Shown piece after piece: positions 8,919 to 21,317 of a stretch of DNA of 64,000 bases. Both the position numbers and the translations under genes were made by a program. Under the pieces are notes generated by a model, which was not told where the DNA came from, did no database searches, and saw only the letters and a program-made list of their open reading frames with translations. The DNA lies in the NCBI GenBank assembly GCA_043810865.1, contig JBDRNS010000005.1, forward strand, positions 2,821-66,820, read 5' to 3'. Position 1 is the first letter of the stretch, and each line of letters starts with the position of its first letter. This DNA is from an archaeon (GTDB lineage Archaea; Nanobdellota; Nanobdellia; Pacearchaeales; GW2011-AR1).

Positions 8919-10130
8919 ATGGCGAAAATAAATAATGAAGTTCCTGAACTGAATGTTGGCGTAGTCGGGCATATAGATCACGGGAAGACGAGTTTGCTAA
9001 GCAAGCTTACAGGGAAATTTACAGATACGCATTCGGAGGAATTGAAAAGAGGAATTACAATTAAACTAGGTTATGCTGATATGACGATTTATAAGTGCGG
9101 CGATGAATTTTTTAGTAAAGAACAAAAAGGAAAAAAATGCGAGCCGTTCAGATACATAAGTTTTGTTGATGCTCCCGGGCATGAAATGCTTATGGCTACA
9201 ATGCTGTCAGGGGCGGCGATAACAGATGTTGCGATTCTTGTAATAGCTGCGAATGAGGGAATAAAACCGCAGACAAGAGAACATTTCATGGCATTGCAGG
9301 CAAAAAAAATAAAAAAACTTATTATTGTGCAAAATAAAATTGATTTGGTTAGCAAGGAAAAAGCAGTTAAGAATTATGGTGAAATAAAAGATTTAATCAA
9401 GGGAACGATTTATGAAAATACACCGATTATCCCTGTTTCGACTTTGCAGGAAATCAATATAAATAATTTGGTAAAAGAACTAGCGGAAGTGGAAATCCCC
9501 AAGAGAGAAACAAACACTGAACCGATTTTTTTGGTTGCGCGAAGTTTTGACATAAACAAGCCCGGAACAGAAATAAAAAATCTTAAGGGAGGAGTTCTCG
9601 GAGGAATTTTGAAGAGAGGGATTTTGAAAGTCGGTGATGAAATTGAGATAAAGCCGGGACTGGATTTGAAAAAAGGAAATCAGAATTTTTATCAAACACT
9701 TACGACAAAAATTCTCTCGCTTCACAAAGGAAACAAATCTGTTGACGAGATTTTGCCTGGAGCGAGTATTTCAATTGAGACATCTCTTGATCCTTTTCTG
9801 ACAAAATCAGATTCGCTTACCGGCTCAGTAGTTTCCCTGGAAAATGTTTTGCCAGAACTGAAAAATAACATAAAATTAAATTTTAAACTTTTCAGCGAAG
9901 TTTTTGGTTCTGCGAACAAACAGGTAATTGAGCCGCTGAAAGTCAAGGAAATGCTTATGCTTAGTGTTAATACAACAATTACTGTCGGTGTTATAGAGAA
10001 AATAAAAGGAAATGAAATTGAACTTAATCTTAATATTCCTATTGTTGCGCTTGAAGGAAGCAATGTGGGAATAGCACGAAATATAAACGGGCACTGGCGA
10101 CTGATTGGGTGGGGAGAGATAACAGGATGA
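8919..10130 (+). CDS. eif2g: translation initiation factor aIF2 gamma subunit
   Basis: 'NVGVVGHIDHGKTSL', 'DAPGHE', 'QNKIDLV'; 403 aa, EF-Tu-like. Confidence 0.85.
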   Translation: MAKINNEVPELNVGVVGHIDHGKTSLLSKLTGKFTDTHSEELKRGITIKLGYADMTIYKCGDEFFSKEQKGKKCEPFRYISFVDAPGHEMLMATMLSGAAITDVAILVIAANEGIKPQTREHFMALQAKKIKKLIIVQNKIDLVSKEKAVKNYGEIKDLIKGTIYENTPIIPVSTLQEININNLVKELAEVEIPKRETNTEPIFLVARSFDINKPGTEIKNLKGGVLGGILKRGILKVGDEIEIKPGLDLKKGNQNFYQTLTTKILSLHKGNKSVDEILPGASISIETSLDPFLTKSDSLTGSVVSLENVLPELKNNIKLNFKLFSEVFGSANKQVIEPLKVKEMLMLSVNTTITVGVIEKIKGNEIELNLNIPIVALEGSNVGIARNINGHWRLIGWGEITG

Positions 10131-10771
10131 TTAAACTTATAATTTTTGATTATGACGGAGTGATTGTTGATTCATTTGAGAATATTCATAAGATTTATCA
10201 GATTATTTGCGACAAACTTGGAAAATCCTGTCCTGAAACAATTGAAGAATTTAGAAAAATTTATGGATATAACTATTTTGAATGCTATAAAAAGTTAGGC
10301 ATAACTGGAGAAGAACACGAAAAAGCTGGGGAAATATTTAAGGAAGAAGTAATAAAGCAAGAGCCACTAATGTTTGAGGGTGTTGATAAAGTTATTAAAG
10401 AACTTGCTGAAAAATACAAATTAGCATTGGTCTCATCCACTTACAAAGAGGAAGTGATGCAGAAATTGGAGAAATTTAATTTGAAGGAATATTTCTCATC
10501 AATTGTTGGGATGGGCACCGCGACAATTTCTAAAGCAGAAGGATTTGTTAATGCTATGAAAAGGTTTGGAGTGTCCAAGGATGAAACTCTTATTATTGGC
10601 GACAGGGAAATTGATTACAATGCTGCACAAAAAGCAGGAATCAAGAATAAAATTCTTGTTGATTATGGTTGGGGTTATAATCCGGAAAATCTTGAGGGAT
10701 TTAATCAGAAAATAAAAGTTTACAAGCCGGAAGATTTGGTTAAAGCAGTTGAATTATTTGAGCAAGGTTAA
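10127..10771 (+). CDS. HAD-superfamily hydrolase (phosphatase)
   Basis: 'IIFDYDGVIVDS' motif I, 'VSST' motif II, 'GDREIDYNAAQKAG' motif IV. Confidence 0.7.
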   Translation: MIKLIIFDYDGVIVDSFENIHKIYQIICDKLGKSCPETIEEFRKIYGYNYFECYKKLGITGEEHEKAGEIFKEEVIKQEPLMFEGVDKVIKELAEKYKLALVSSTYKEEVMQKLEKFNLKEYFSSIVGMGTATISKAEGFVNAMKRFGVSKDETLIIGDREIDYNAAQKAGIKNKILVDYGWGYNPENLEGFNQKIKVYKPEDLVKAVELFEQG

Positions 10772-10802
10772 TTTTATAACCTCTTAATTTTTATAGTTCT
10801 TC

Positions 10803-11672
10803 ATGATAAAAAGAGACGGCAAAAAGAAATTTTTTTCGCACTCGAAACTTTCTGCATTTGAGCAATGCAATCTTAAATACAAATTCAGATATATCGACAG
10901 AATAATTCCTGAGATTGAAAAGACGATTGAGTCGCATCTCGGGAGTGTTGTTCACAGAACACTTGAATGGCTTTATACTCAGGTGAAGAGAAAAAGGGTC
11001 CCGGGCATCGAAGAAGTGATTTCAAAATATTCAGATATGTGGAAGGAAGATTATGAAGATGAAATTCCTATTGTAAAAAAAGGCATGACTTTGGAATATT
11101 ATTTCAACAAAGGAATTAATTTTCTCGTGAATTATTACATAGAGCACAAGCCGTTTGATGATAATACGATTGAAGTTGAGAAAGAAATTGAACTTGAACT
11201 TGACGAGGACGGAATTTACAGGATAAGGGGATTCATAGACCGGCTGGCTTACAATATTCATACGGATGAGTATGAAGTTCATGATTACAAAACGTCAAAT
11301 CATCTTCCGAGCAGCGAGGACATTGCAAATGACAGACAACTTGCGCTTTATTCAATCGCTGTAAAGGAAATTTACGGGAAAGAAAAAAAAGTAAGATTAG
11401 TTTGGCATTATCTTTCTTTCAACAAAAGAATTTATTCAAAGAGGACAAATGAGCAACTTGAAAAACTTAAAGAGGACACGCTGAATTTGATAAGGAAAAT
11501 AGAAGCGACGAAAGAATTTGCTCCGACGAAATCAGCTCTTTGCCATTGGTGTGAATACAAAAACATTTGTCCGGCGTGGGGAAACAAACCACCGGAGAAA
11601 CAAACAAGAATTGACGGTTTTGTAGAAGTCAAAAAAGAAGAAAACGGCGAGAAAATGGATATTTGGAATTAA
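10803..11672 (+). CDS. Cas4-like PD-(D/E)XK nuclease (RecB/DUF83 family) with Fe-S Cys cluster, standalone
   Basis: N-terminal Cys 'FEQCNLKY'; 'GFIDRL' / 'EVHDYKT' (D...ExK); 'QLALYS'; C-terminal 'CHWCEYKNICP' CX2CX5C. Confidence 0.6.
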   Translation: MIKRDGKKKFFSHSKLSAFEQCNLKYKFRYIDRIIPEIEKTIESHLGSVVHRTLEWLYTQVKRKRVPGIEEVISKYSDMWKEDYEDEIPIVKKGMTLEYYFNKGINFLVNYYIEHKPFDDNTIEVEKEIELELDEDGIYRIRGFIDRLAYNIHTDEYEVHDYKTSNHLPSSEDIANDRQLALYSIAVKEIYGKEKKVRLVWHYLSFNKRIYSKRTNEQLEKLKEDTLNLIRKIEATKEFAPTKSALCHWCEYKNICPAWGNKPPEKQTRIDGFVEVKKEENGEKMDIWN

Positions 11673-11890
11673 TTTAGCAAATATCCCGGGATTTCAGTTA
11701 AACCATTCATAAGTGCCATTTCATAGAATTCCTCATTTGTTCTTGCTATGTAAGTTCTTTTTTCATGAACAACTCTTCCTGCTACTGCATCTATCATCTG
11801 AAAATCTCCTTCTATACCCTGACTCTTAAATCTTTTTCCTTTGGCAAATTTTTCAGCAATACTTTGAACTTGGATACTGTCTGTTTTCAT
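11669..11890 (-). CDS. hypothetical small protein
   Basis: 73-aa ORF immediately downstream of gyrA; no recognisable motif. Confidence 0.3.
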   Translation of the reverse strand: MKTDSIQVQSIAEKFAKGKRFKSQGIEGDFQMIDAVAGRVVHEKRTYIARTNEEFYEMALMNGLTEIPGYLLN

Positions 11891-11927
11891 TTTATTAAAT
11901 CAGAAAAATTTAGATTTATAAAACTTT

Positions 11928-14375
11928 TTATTCTTCCCCGTTGAGGTCCTGCACTCTGATTAAATCAGTAACATAGTCGCCCTGATGAAGTTTTACTATT
12001 CTGACACCCTGCGCTGTGCGTCCCATAATCCTGATATTTTTCAAACTTGTTCTTATAACAATTCCTTTTGCAGTTGTTATTATTATGTTGTCATCTTCGT
12101 TGACTGAAATTGTTGTAACAACGTCGCCTGTTTTTTCGGAGACCTTCAGGTTGATTACTCCTTTTCCTCCGCGTGCTGTTTTTCTGTAATCACTGACATT
12201 TGTTCTTTTTCCAAATCCGTTTTTTGTCACAGTCAAAACAGCTTTTGTATTTAATATTTCCAAACTTACAACTTCATCGTTTGCATGCAGACGTATTCCT
12301 GTAACACCATAACTTGCTCTTCCTGTATCCCGCACGTCGTCGCTGTTGAATCTTACAGCCATTCCTTTTTTTGTTGCGAGAAGAACTTCCTGCCCTTTTT
12401 TCAAAACCTGCACATCAATCAATGCATCTGAATTGTCGTTTGGGAGATTCATTGCTCTTACTCCTGAGGCCCTTGGCTTTGAGAAATTATTCAAAGATAT
12501 TTTCTTCACAACTCCTTTTTTTGTTGCCATGAACAAAAAATCGTCGAAGTTTTTTACAGAGATTACATTTGTAATTTTTTCATTTTTCAAGTTTAGGATG
12601 TTTATGATTGCCTTGCTTTTTCCGTATCTTTCTGCTTCGGGAATTTCATACGCTTTCAGCCACAAGACCCTTCCTCTTGATGTGAAGAACATCAGATAAT
12701 CATGAGTTGAGCATGTTATCATTTGCTTTACAAAATCACCTGTTGCAAGATTGCTTCCTATGACTCCTTTTCCGCCTCTTTTTTGTTCTCTGTATGTCTT
12801 CACATCCATTCTTTTACAATACCCTTTTTCTGTTATTGTCACGACAACTTCTTTTTTCTGAACCAAATCCTTTTCGGAGATTTCAGAAATTTTGTTCAGA
12901 ACCTGCGTTCGTCTTTCATCGCCGTATTTCTTTTTGATTTCAGTTATTTCCTTTACAATTATTTTCAGGACTTCTTTTATGTCAGAAAGAGTTTTTTCGT
13001 ATTCGGCAATTTTGCTTTTTAATTCGTCCTGTTCTTTTTTAAGTTTTTCATGTTCCAGGGAGGTTAATTGCTGAAGTTTTGTTTCAAGAACCGCCTGTCC
13101 CTGTCTTTTGCTGAGAGAAAATTTTTTCATCAGAATTTCAAGAGCTTCAGCACCTGTCTTGGATTTTTTAATCAGAGAAATAATTTCATCAATGTTTTTC
13201 AGAGCGGTAAGCAATCCTGAAACAATTTCCATACGATCTTTTGCTTTTTTCAACTCGAATTTGGTCCTGTTTGTTATTATTAATTTTCTGTATTTTACAT
13301 ATTCGCTGACAATTTCTTTCAGATTCAAAACTTTTGGCTGCCCGTCGACAAGTGCAAGAATATTCACGTTAAATGAATCCTGCAGACGCGTGTATTTGTG
13401 AAGAGCATTTATAACAAATTTTGAATTTGTGCCTTTTCTTAATTCGAGCACAATCCTTATTTTTCCTTTTGATGATTCATCTCTTAAATCAGAAACATCC
13501 TTGATTTTTTTGTCCTGAACCATTTTCGCAATTTGTTCAACCAAAGTTGATTTGTTAATCATGTAAGGAATTTCTGTTATGACAATCAAGTCCCTGTTTT
13601 TTACTGCTTCGGTTGTTATTTTTCCTCTGAGCATTAGTTTTCCTTTTCCTGTTTTGTAAAGTTCTGTCATGTCTCCTGAAACAGTTCCTCCTGTGGGAAA
13701 GTCAGGCGCTTTTACTATTTGGCAAAGTTCTTCAACTGACATTTCGGGATTTTTTATAAAAGCCATAATTGCATCGCAAACTTCTGTCAGGTTATGTGGA
13801 GGAATGTTTGTTGCCATACCGACTGCTATACCTGTTGCTCCGTTGAGAATTAATGCAGGAAGTTTTCCCGGGAGAAGAAGCGGCTCTTTGAGCGAGTTGT
13901 CAAAATTCGGGACAAATTTCACAGTTTCTTTTTCAATGTCTTCTATTAATTCAAGAGCTATTTTCGTGAATTTTGCTTCAGTATATCTGTATGCAGCAGG
14001 AGGGTCACCGTCGATAGAACCGAAGTTTCCCTGCCCGAAAACAAAAGGATAGCGAAGAGAGAAATTCTGAGCCATTCTTACCAGTGCATCGTAAACAGCT
14101 ATATCTCCGTGAGGATGAAATTTACCGATAACATCTCCAACAATTCTTGCGGATTTTTTTGTCTGTGTTTCAGGTTTCAAACCCATAAGATTCATTGCAT
14201 AAAGAATTCTTCTCTGGACAGGTTTTAGTCCGTCTTCAATTGCAGGTATTGCACGCGAGACAATAACAGACATGGCGTAATCAAGATACGCTTTTTTCAT
14301 TTCTGTTGAGACCTCTGAGTTGATTACTCCTTTCTCATTTTGTCCGTTTTTGTTTTCGTCAGTCATCTTGTTCAT
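11928..14375 (-). CDS. gyrA: DNA gyrase subunit A
   Basis: 'GKFHPHGD', active-site 'AAYRYTE' Tyr region, C-terminal beta-pinwheel repeats; 815 aa. Confidence 0.9.
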   Translation of the reverse strand: MNKMTDENKNGQNEKGVINSEVSTEMKKAYLDYAMSVIVSRAIPAIEDGLKPVQRRILYAMNLMGLKPETQTKKSARIVGDVIGKFHPHGDIAVYDALVRMAQNFSLRYPFVFGQGNFGSIDGDPPAAYRYTEAKFTKIALELIEDIEKETVKFVPNFDNSLKEPLLLPGKLPALILNGATGIAVGMATNIPPHNLTEVCDAIMAFIKNPEMSVEELCQIVKAPDFPTGGTVSGDMTELYKTGKGKLMLRGKITTEAVKNRDLIVITEIPYMINKSTLVEQIAKMVQDKKIKDVSDLRDESSKGKIRIVLELRKGTNSKFVINALHKYTRLQDSFNVNILALVDGQPKVLNLKEIVSEYVKYRKLIITNRTKFELKKAKDRMEIVSGLLTALKNIDEIISLIKKSKTGAEALEILMKKFSLSKRQGQAVLETKLQQLTSLEHEKLKKEQDELKSKIAEYEKTLSDIKEVLKIIVKEITEIKKKYGDERRTQVLNKISEISEKDLVQKKEVVVTITEKGYCKRMDVKTYREQKRGGKGVIGSNLATGDFVKQMITCSTHDYLMFFTSRGRVLWLKAYEIPEAERYGKSKAIINILNLKNEKITNVISVKNFDDFLFMATKKGVVKKISLNNFSKPRASGVRAMNLPNDNSDALIDVQVLKKGQEVLLATKKGMAVRFNSDDVRDTGRASYGVTGIRLHANDEVVSLEILNTKAVLTVTKNGFGKRTNVSDYRKTARGGKGVINLKVSEKTGDVVTTISVNEDDNIIITTAKGIVIRTSLKNIRIMGRTAQGVRIVKLHQGDYVTDLIRVQDLNGEE

Positions 14376-14571
14376 TTTTCATGTAATTTATTTTCAAAAA
14401 TGTTTCATTGTCAATTTCAAGTTCAATCGGCTCTTTTTCTTCTTTCAGTTTTGCCAGTTCATTTATCCATTCGTCAATTTCTTCTGAGTCAAGGGAAAAT
14501 TCAATTTCTTCGGCCTCAATTATTTCTTCTGTTTCTTCTTCCATTTTAATTAACAGATTCTCCTTTTTCAT
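14359..14571 (-). CDS. small highly acidic protein
   Basis: 70 aa, about 40% Glu/Asp; coupled by overlap to gyrA and to the upstream Zn-ribbon ORF. Confidence 0.4.
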   Translation of the reverse strand: MKKENLLIKMEEETEEIIEAEEIEFSLDSEEIDEWINELAKLKEEKEPIELEIDNETFLKINYMKNEQDD

Positions 14572-14821
14572 CGAGATATTTCATGAATTCCTCTTCGCTT
14601 AGATTTTTTTGTTTTATGTCTCTTCCTTTCCATCCGCATTTTCTGCATTCCCAGTTATCTGCTTTCTTTCCTTCTTCTCCGATTAGGACAACGCCGACAT
14701 TATCACTTCCACATTTAGGGCATGTGCGAATTTTGAACGTCTTGCCTTTTGTTTTTGATTTCTCTGAATTTGGAGAAGTTTTTCCTTTCAAAACCCAGTC
14801 AGGTGTTTTTATTTTTCCCAT
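14546..14821 (-). CDS. zinc-ribbon protein
   Basis: 'CPKCGS...x19...CRKCGW' C4 zinc ribbon; basic N-terminus. Confidence 0.45.
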   Translation of the reverse strand: MGKIKTPDWVLKGKTSPNSEKSKTKGKTFKIRTCPKCGSDNVGVVLIGEEGKKADNWECRKCGWKGRDIKQKNLSEEEFMKYLDEKGESVN

Positions 14822-15150
14822 TTTTCTTTTTCCAAATTAAAAGTATAATTTCCCTCCCCGCAAGAATATACCGAACAGCCGAGCAGGACATTTGTAAATG
14901 TTTTTTCAATTTTATTCACACAAAGTTCTCTTTCCTTGTCTAATTCAAATCCTAGTGAGCATTTAAGTCGGTTTCTTTCAACGCAATTGCAGTTTTCAGG
15001 AAGCCAGTCCTCAAAATATTTTTGTTCTTCTTCCTGTTGCTTTATTACATTTGCTGTCTGAATTTTGTTAACAGAAATCAGAGTGATTAATCCTATTATT
15101 ATCAAGACAGCTATTGCGAAACCCACGTTTTTTGTTTTTTTGTTTATCAT
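14809..15150 (-). CDS. secreted Cys-containing small protein
   Basis: N-terminal TM/signal 'VGFAIAVLIIIGLITLISV'; 6 Cys in the mature part. Confidence 0.4.
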   Translation of the reverse strand: MINKKTKNVGFAIAVLIIIGLITLISVNKIQTANVIKQQEEEQKYFEDWLPENCNCVERNRLKCSLGFELDKERELCVNKIEKTFTNVLLGCSVYSCGEGNYTFNLEKEKWEK

Positions 15151-15487
15151 TCTGCCCTCCCGTAATCGTCTTCCAGACGAACAATGTCATTTTCGTCAAC
15201 TTCCCCTATTGCTACTTCTATAAATTCCAATCCTTCACGGTAAGCTTCGGCTCTATGAACTGCTCTAACAGGAATATGAACGTAATCTCCTATTTTAACA
15301 TCTCTTTCTAAATTTCCAACAGTAACCCTGCCTTTGCCTTTAATAATAATCCATTGTTCTTCTCTTTTTTTGTGATATTGCAAACTGAGTTTTTTGTCTG
15401 GTTCTACTTTTATTATTTTGACTTTTGAATTATCTTTTTCATATAGAATGTCATATCTTCCCCACGGGCGTATGTTTTCTTCTGTCA

Positions 15488-15488
<1 letters not shown>
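15147..15488 (-). CDS. cupin (mannose-6-phosphate isomerase type II C-terminal-domain-like)
   Basis: 'PWGRYDIL...VKIIKVEPDKKLSLQYHKKREEQWIIIKGKG' cupin_2 pattern. Confidence 0.6.
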
Positions 15489-17392
<1,904 letters not shown>

Positions 17393-17395
17393 TTA

Positions 17396-17420
17396 GTAGG
17401 AGATTTTCTCCGTCGAGAAA
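17396..17420. promoter_or_regulatory. perfect hairpin GGAGA-TTT-TCTCC in the divergent gyrB/17620 promoter spacer
   Basis: 'gtaggagattttctccgtc' seen directly; function unknown. Confidence 0.2.
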
Positions 17421-17619
17421 TTTCACATTATATAAAATATTGTTTTCTTTAAAAACCTTGCTGCCAAAATTCAGCTATTTTAAGACGAGAAACGACAAAA
17501 TCTGAAAAGGTGTTTGTTTTCCGAGGTTTAATTTGGAGTGATGAAAATGATGTTTATTTTTACTATTTAATAGTGATAATAATAGTAAAATTTATAAAGC
17601 AGAAATTTATGGATTTTGG

Positions 17620-18186
17620 ATGGAAACATCAGCTGAAAGAACAGGATATGAGGAACCAACAAAAATGGAAAATCCAAGATCAAAATTAGCAAAAGTTGGG
17701 AGAGGAATTGTTTTGGCAACAGCTGCATATTTTGGCCTTTTTGGTGGAACTGCTTATGCTAATACTTCAGCTGAACAAGAAGCACTTAATTATGTTAGAA
17801 GAAATAATATTGATTTATCTGTTTTAGCTAGGGATGAAAAACCTGTTGATTTGTATTCCATGGGAGGTTCTGATACAAATAAAGTTGTAATTACTGATAA
17901 ATCATTGCCATATATTAATAGGATTGATAATTTGATACAAGAATTAAACAGAAGAAGAATTGAAAATTGGGATAATGGAAAGGGAGGAGATGCCTTTGAA
18001 ACTCTAGAGATGACTGCTGAAGATGTTGAGAGTGTTATTAATGCAATGGATGCTGGATATGATTGTTCTGACTCAAATGCAGGACCCAAAGGAAGGTTGG
18101 ATCACTTGATTACAGGTAAAGAAGCAAGAAGTTCACATTCTTGTATAGTTGATTATTTAGAAAGACAAATAGCAAACTTGAAATAA
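17620..18186 (+). CDS. secreted hypothetical protein
   Basis: Signal-like 'VGRGIVLATAAYFGLFGGTAYA' then hydrophilic domain. Confidence 0.4.
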   Translation: METSAERTGYEEPTKMENPRSKLAKVGRGIVLATAAYFGLFGGTAYANTSAEQEALNYVRRNNIDLSVLARDEKPVDLYSMGGSDTNKVVITDKSLPYINRIDNLIQELNRRRIENWDNGKGGDAFETLEMTAEDVESVINAMDAGYDCSDSNAGPKGRLDHLITGKEARSSHSCIVDYLERQIANLK

Positions 18187-18233
18187 AATGAAAAATAAGA
18201 ATTCAAACAAAGTTGAAAGGAGATTAAGATAAA

Positions 18234-18692
18234 ATGGAAAAAGAAAAAAACGGAAAGGGAGCTTTGACAAGAAGAAATTTTTTAGCAGGAATTCTAGGTT
18301 TAGTTGGGAGCGCAATGATTCCAAAAATTGCCAGAACAGAACCGAGATTTGTAGATGATATTTTATATATGGATGTTGCAAAGCCGGTTTATTATCCTTC
18401 AGAAGTAAGGTTTACAACAGAAGAAGGAGCAGAAGTAACAATAAAAGATCTTGACGGAGATGGCATAATTGACTGGGCTTGTAATAATTATGGTTGGGGG
18501 CAGAGGATTTTTAGAAGAAATAAATCCAGTGTTGGAGAAGGAAGAAGAATTGAAAAAAATGAAAGTGACCCTTGGTTTATGTTTGATGTATGGGACAGAA
18601 ATCCTGGTAAAGGAGATTTTGACTATGGTGGTAAAGCAAATGTTTTCAATTATTATCAGAGACAATTTGATCAAAGACAAAAAAATATTTAA
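18234..18692 (+). CDS. secreted hypothetical protein with twin-arginine-like signal peptide
   Basis: 'TRRNFLAGILGLVGSAMIP' RR motif followed by h-region; 'DLDGDGIID' Ca-binding-like motif. Confidence 0.45.
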   Translation: MEKEKNGKGALTRRNFLAGILGLVGSAMIPKIARTEPRFVDDILYMDVAKPVYYPSEVRFTTEEGAEVTIKDLDGDGIIDWACNNYGWGQRIFRRNKSSVGEGRRIEKNESDPWFMFDVWDRNPGKGDFDYGGKANVFNYYQRQFDQRQKNI

Positions 18693-18723
18693 CAGCTGGT
18701 TTAGGAAATCGTTTTGCTTAATT

Positions 18724-18894
18724 TTATCCCTTAACTTTCTTTTTCTTAGAAATCCACCTGACTTTTCTTCTCTGCATCGCCATGTTTTTTTTGCATTTGC
18801 TGGAACAAAGGTAATTAATGTTTCCTTTGTTTGTAACTAATGTAAGTCCGCGAGGGAATTCATATATTTTTCCACAATAAACACATTTAGGCAT
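18724..18894 (-). CDS. rpl24e: ribosomal protein L24e
   Basis: 'MPKCVYCGKIYEFPRG...LCSSKCKKN' zinc-binding L24e signature; start placed at the internal Met. Confidence 0.7.
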   Translation of the reverse strand: MPKCVYCGKIYEFPRGLTLVTNKGNINYLCSSKCKKNMAMQRRKVRWISKKKKVKG

Positions 18895-19144
18895 TTGGGA
18901 TAACCTCCAAAGGATTTGTTTCGAGCCAATATCTTTTTCTTGAAACAAGAAGAGATATGTGTGGTTCATTTCCGTGAGTTCTTATAGCATAATTTCTCCC
19001 TTTAAGATATTCAAAAACAGGTGCGATGTTTCCCCATGATGTTTGATGCATGGCTTCATAGCAAAGATTGTTTTTGTCGCTAAAGAATTCTGCAATTTTT
19101 CTTTCTAATTTCTCCATCTCTTCCTGAAATTTTTTATCTTTCAT
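18887..19144 (-). CDS. hypothetical protein
   Basis: 85-aa ORF between rps28e and rpl24e. Confidence 0.3.
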   Translation of the reverse strand: MKDKKFQEEMEKLERKIAEFFSDKNNLCYEAMHQTSWGNIAPVFEYLKGRNYAIRTHGNEPHISLLVSRKRYWLETNPLEVIPNA

Positions 19145-19440
19145 TATGTGTAGGCACCTTTTGTGACTTTTGATTTTATTTTTCTTGCTTCAATTTCTGT
19201 TTCCCTTAACATTAAGTAGTCGCCGACTTTTACCGCGCCTTTTACATTTCTTCTAATTACTCTTCCCTGATCTCTGCCTTCCATAACCTGGCACCTGACT
19301 TGCGTGATTTCTCCTCTGAAACCTGTTCTTCCTATTATTTCCTCGACGAGTGCGGGCACTGCTTCTCCTGAAACAATTTTCGCGCTTCCTTTACTTCCTC
19401 CTGATTGTTTCTGCTGCTGGGGTTTTTGTGTTTTCGCCAT
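19144..19440 (-). CDS. rps28e: ribosomal protein S28e with N-terminal extension
   Basis: '[51 protein letters not shown]' matches the S28e core. Confidence 0.8.
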   Translation of the reverse strand: MAKTQKPQQQKQSGGSKGSAKIVSGEAVPALVEEIIGRTGFRGEITQVRCQVMEGRDQGRVIRRNVKGAVKVGDYLMLRETEIEARKIKSKVTKGAYT

Positions 19441-19441
19441 T

Positions 19442-19642
19442 TTAATTTTGGTTTTGATACTGGTTTAAAGTTTTAAATTTATTTAAAGGCATTATTTTAT
19501 AATTTGCCTGAAATTTTCCAGAAACATTTTCCTGCTCTTCTAATCTAATTTCTCTGGCAGTTCTAACATCTTTTAAACTTCCTCTCGCTATCATCCATTC
19601 TATTCCATCCCTGTGTATTCCTGTTAAAACATATTCTGTCAT
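19442..19642 (-). CDS. hypothetical small protein
   Basis: 66-aa ORF inserted between rpl7ae and rps28e. Confidence 0.3.
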   Translation of the reverse strand: MTEYVLTGIHRDGIEWMIARGSLKDVRTAREIRLEEQENVSGKFQANYKIMPLNKFKTLNQYQNQN

Positions 19643-19643
19643 T

Positions 19644-19949
19644 TTATTTCAAAGAATTAATATCTTTTTGTGCGTCTCCTGATTCAATTACTGCGACACT
19701 TGATGTTGAGACAGGAATTCCTGCGGCAATTCCGAGTTTTTGCTTGCTGTCTGCCTCCTGGCACGGAATATTTTTTTCCTTGCATAAAACAGGAATGTGC
19801 TGGACAATTTCTTTTGGTTCCACATCTTTCGCGTAAGCGACAAGTTTTGCAGTTCCGCGTTCAATTGCTTTTGTAACTTCGTTTGTGCCTTTTTCTATTT
19901 TTCCTGTTTTCCTTGCCTTTTCGATTATTGAATAAATATCTATAGCCAT
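19644..19949 (-). CDS. rpl7ae: ribosomal protein L7Ae (K-turn binding)
   Basis: '[43 protein letters not shown]'. Confidence 0.85.
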   Translation of the reverse strand: MAIDIYSIIEKARKTGKIEKGTNEVTKAIERGTAKLVAYAKDVEPKEIVQHIPVLCKEKNIPCQEADSKQKLGIAAGIPVSTSSVAVIESGDAQKDINSLK

Positions 19950-20067
19950 TTTAATAAATCTTAGAACGAGTCCCTCGCGAAAGAGTTTCGTTCATCGGAT
20001 ATTTTAGTGAAAAGAAATGAGTTTTTAAAGTTTGCGTGTTAAAATTTTTGTTTCTTTTGTTTAAATT

Positions 20068-20161
20068 CTCTCACTCCAAAGTCGCTCGTTATTAATGAAT
20101 TGTTAACATTGAATCTTCATAATATCATTAATATCTAAATCGTGAGCAAAGCGAGCGCATG
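20068..20161. repeat. GC-box intergenic repeat, copy G (CTCCAAAGTCGCTCGT ... ATCGTGAGCAAAGCGAGCGC inverted boxes)
   Basis: 3' box is the reverse complement of the 'GCGTTCGCTTCGCTCACGA' box of copy D; 5' box matches the copy F tail. Confidence 0.5.
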
Positions 20162-20192
20162 TCTTTAGAAAGTTATCACGGGAAATTTATAA

Positions 20193-21317
20193 TTAATTTC
20201 TCCACCTTACCTCAACATCATCTGTTCTTTGTCTTGGTTTTATGTCCAAATCCTGCGCGCTTTTTCCAGAGAACTTTATTCCTGCTCTGAACATGATTTC
20301 TCCGAGGAATGCAATCATTGTGCCATTATCAACGAGAAGAGAATTTTCAGGAACAAAGAATTTTGCTCCTCTTTCCCTGCACATAATCCTGCACATTTCC
20401 TGAAGGCGTTTGTTGCATCCTACTCCTCCTCCTAACAATAATTCGGTTTTTCCTGTATGTGCAAGAGCACGTTCTGCAACTTCAACAAGCATTGCAAAGA
20501 CGGTTTCTTGCAGAGAATATGATAAGTCCTCGAGAGTGTAATTTGTCTCGCTATTATTCCCTCCGCCGGCGCCCCGACCACCCGCCCCCTTAGAAGTTGC
20601 TAATTGAGAAACAATTTTTTGATTAATATTCCTCCCCTGATTTTTTTGAGCAGGTAAATTTTTATTTATTTTTTCTAATTTTTGTTTCAGATTTGTTAAA
20701 ATTCCTGAGAGTGCAATGTCCATGCCTTTTACTTTGTATGGAAGTTCAATATAATTTTTTCCTTTTAATGCAAGAGATTCTATTTCCGGACCACCGGGAA
20801 ATCCCAATCCAGAATATCTTGCGAAAGTGTCAATAAAATTCCCAATACCTGTGTCGAGAGTTTCACCGAAAATTCTGTATTTTCCCGACGCGTATGCAAT
20901 TATTTGTGTGTTTGCTCCGGATGTGTAGAGCATTACCGGATTTTTGGCTCCTGTTGTTTTTCCGATTTCAAGATGCGCGATGCAATGATTTACAGGAACT
21001 AACGGCTTGTTTAATTTCAAAGCCAAAGATTTTGCAAATTTTATTCCTTCGAGCAAACAGGGAGACAAGCCAGGGCCTTGTGAAAAAGCAATTGCGTCAA
21101 TTTCATTTTCTTTAATTCCTGAATTTTTTATCGCTTTATTGTAAATTTTTTTGGAAATCAAGTTGTGATGTTTTGCAGCTTCTGTAGGAATTATCCCTCC
21201 TTTTTCTGTCGTGTAAGTGTCTTTTACATTTGCCAAAACCTGCGAGTTTTTTACAATTCCAATTCCAAAAGTATGCGCGGTTGATTCAATTCCCAGAATT
21301 ATTTTCCCAGTTTTCAT
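20193..21317 (-). CDS. kae1: tRNA N6-adenosine threonylcarbamoyltransferase Kae1, with a low-complexity Gly-rich insertion
   Basis: '[16 protein letters not shown]', 'HxxAH' ('HCIAHLEIG'), '[12 protein letters not shown]'; insert '[16 protein letters not shown]'. Confidence 0.8.
   Translation of the reverse strand: MKTGKIILGIESTAHTFGIGIVKNSQVLANVKDTYTTEKGGIIPTEAAKHHNLISKKIYNKAIKNSGIKENEIDAIAFSQGPGLSPCLLEGIKFAKSLALKLNKPLVPVNHCIAHLEIGKTTGAKNPVMLYTSGANTQIIAYASGKYRIFGETLDTGIGNFIDTFARYSGLGFPGGPEIESLALKGKNYIELPYKVKGMDIALSGILTNLKQKLEKINKNLPAQKNQGRNINQKIVSQLATSKGAGGRGAGGGNNSETNYTLEDLSYSLQETVFAMLVEVAERALAHTGKTELLLGGGVGCNKRLQEMCRIMCRERGAKFFVPENSLLVDNGTMIAFLGEIMFRAGIKFSGKSAQDLDIKPRQRTDDVEVRWRN

Noticed and set aside
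14340-14840. Ser-rich ORFs 14408..14602 and 14583..14840 on the + strand
   Set aside because: They are antisense to the acidic protein and zinc-ribbon genes; poly-Glu codons read as poly-Ser/Phe on the other strand.
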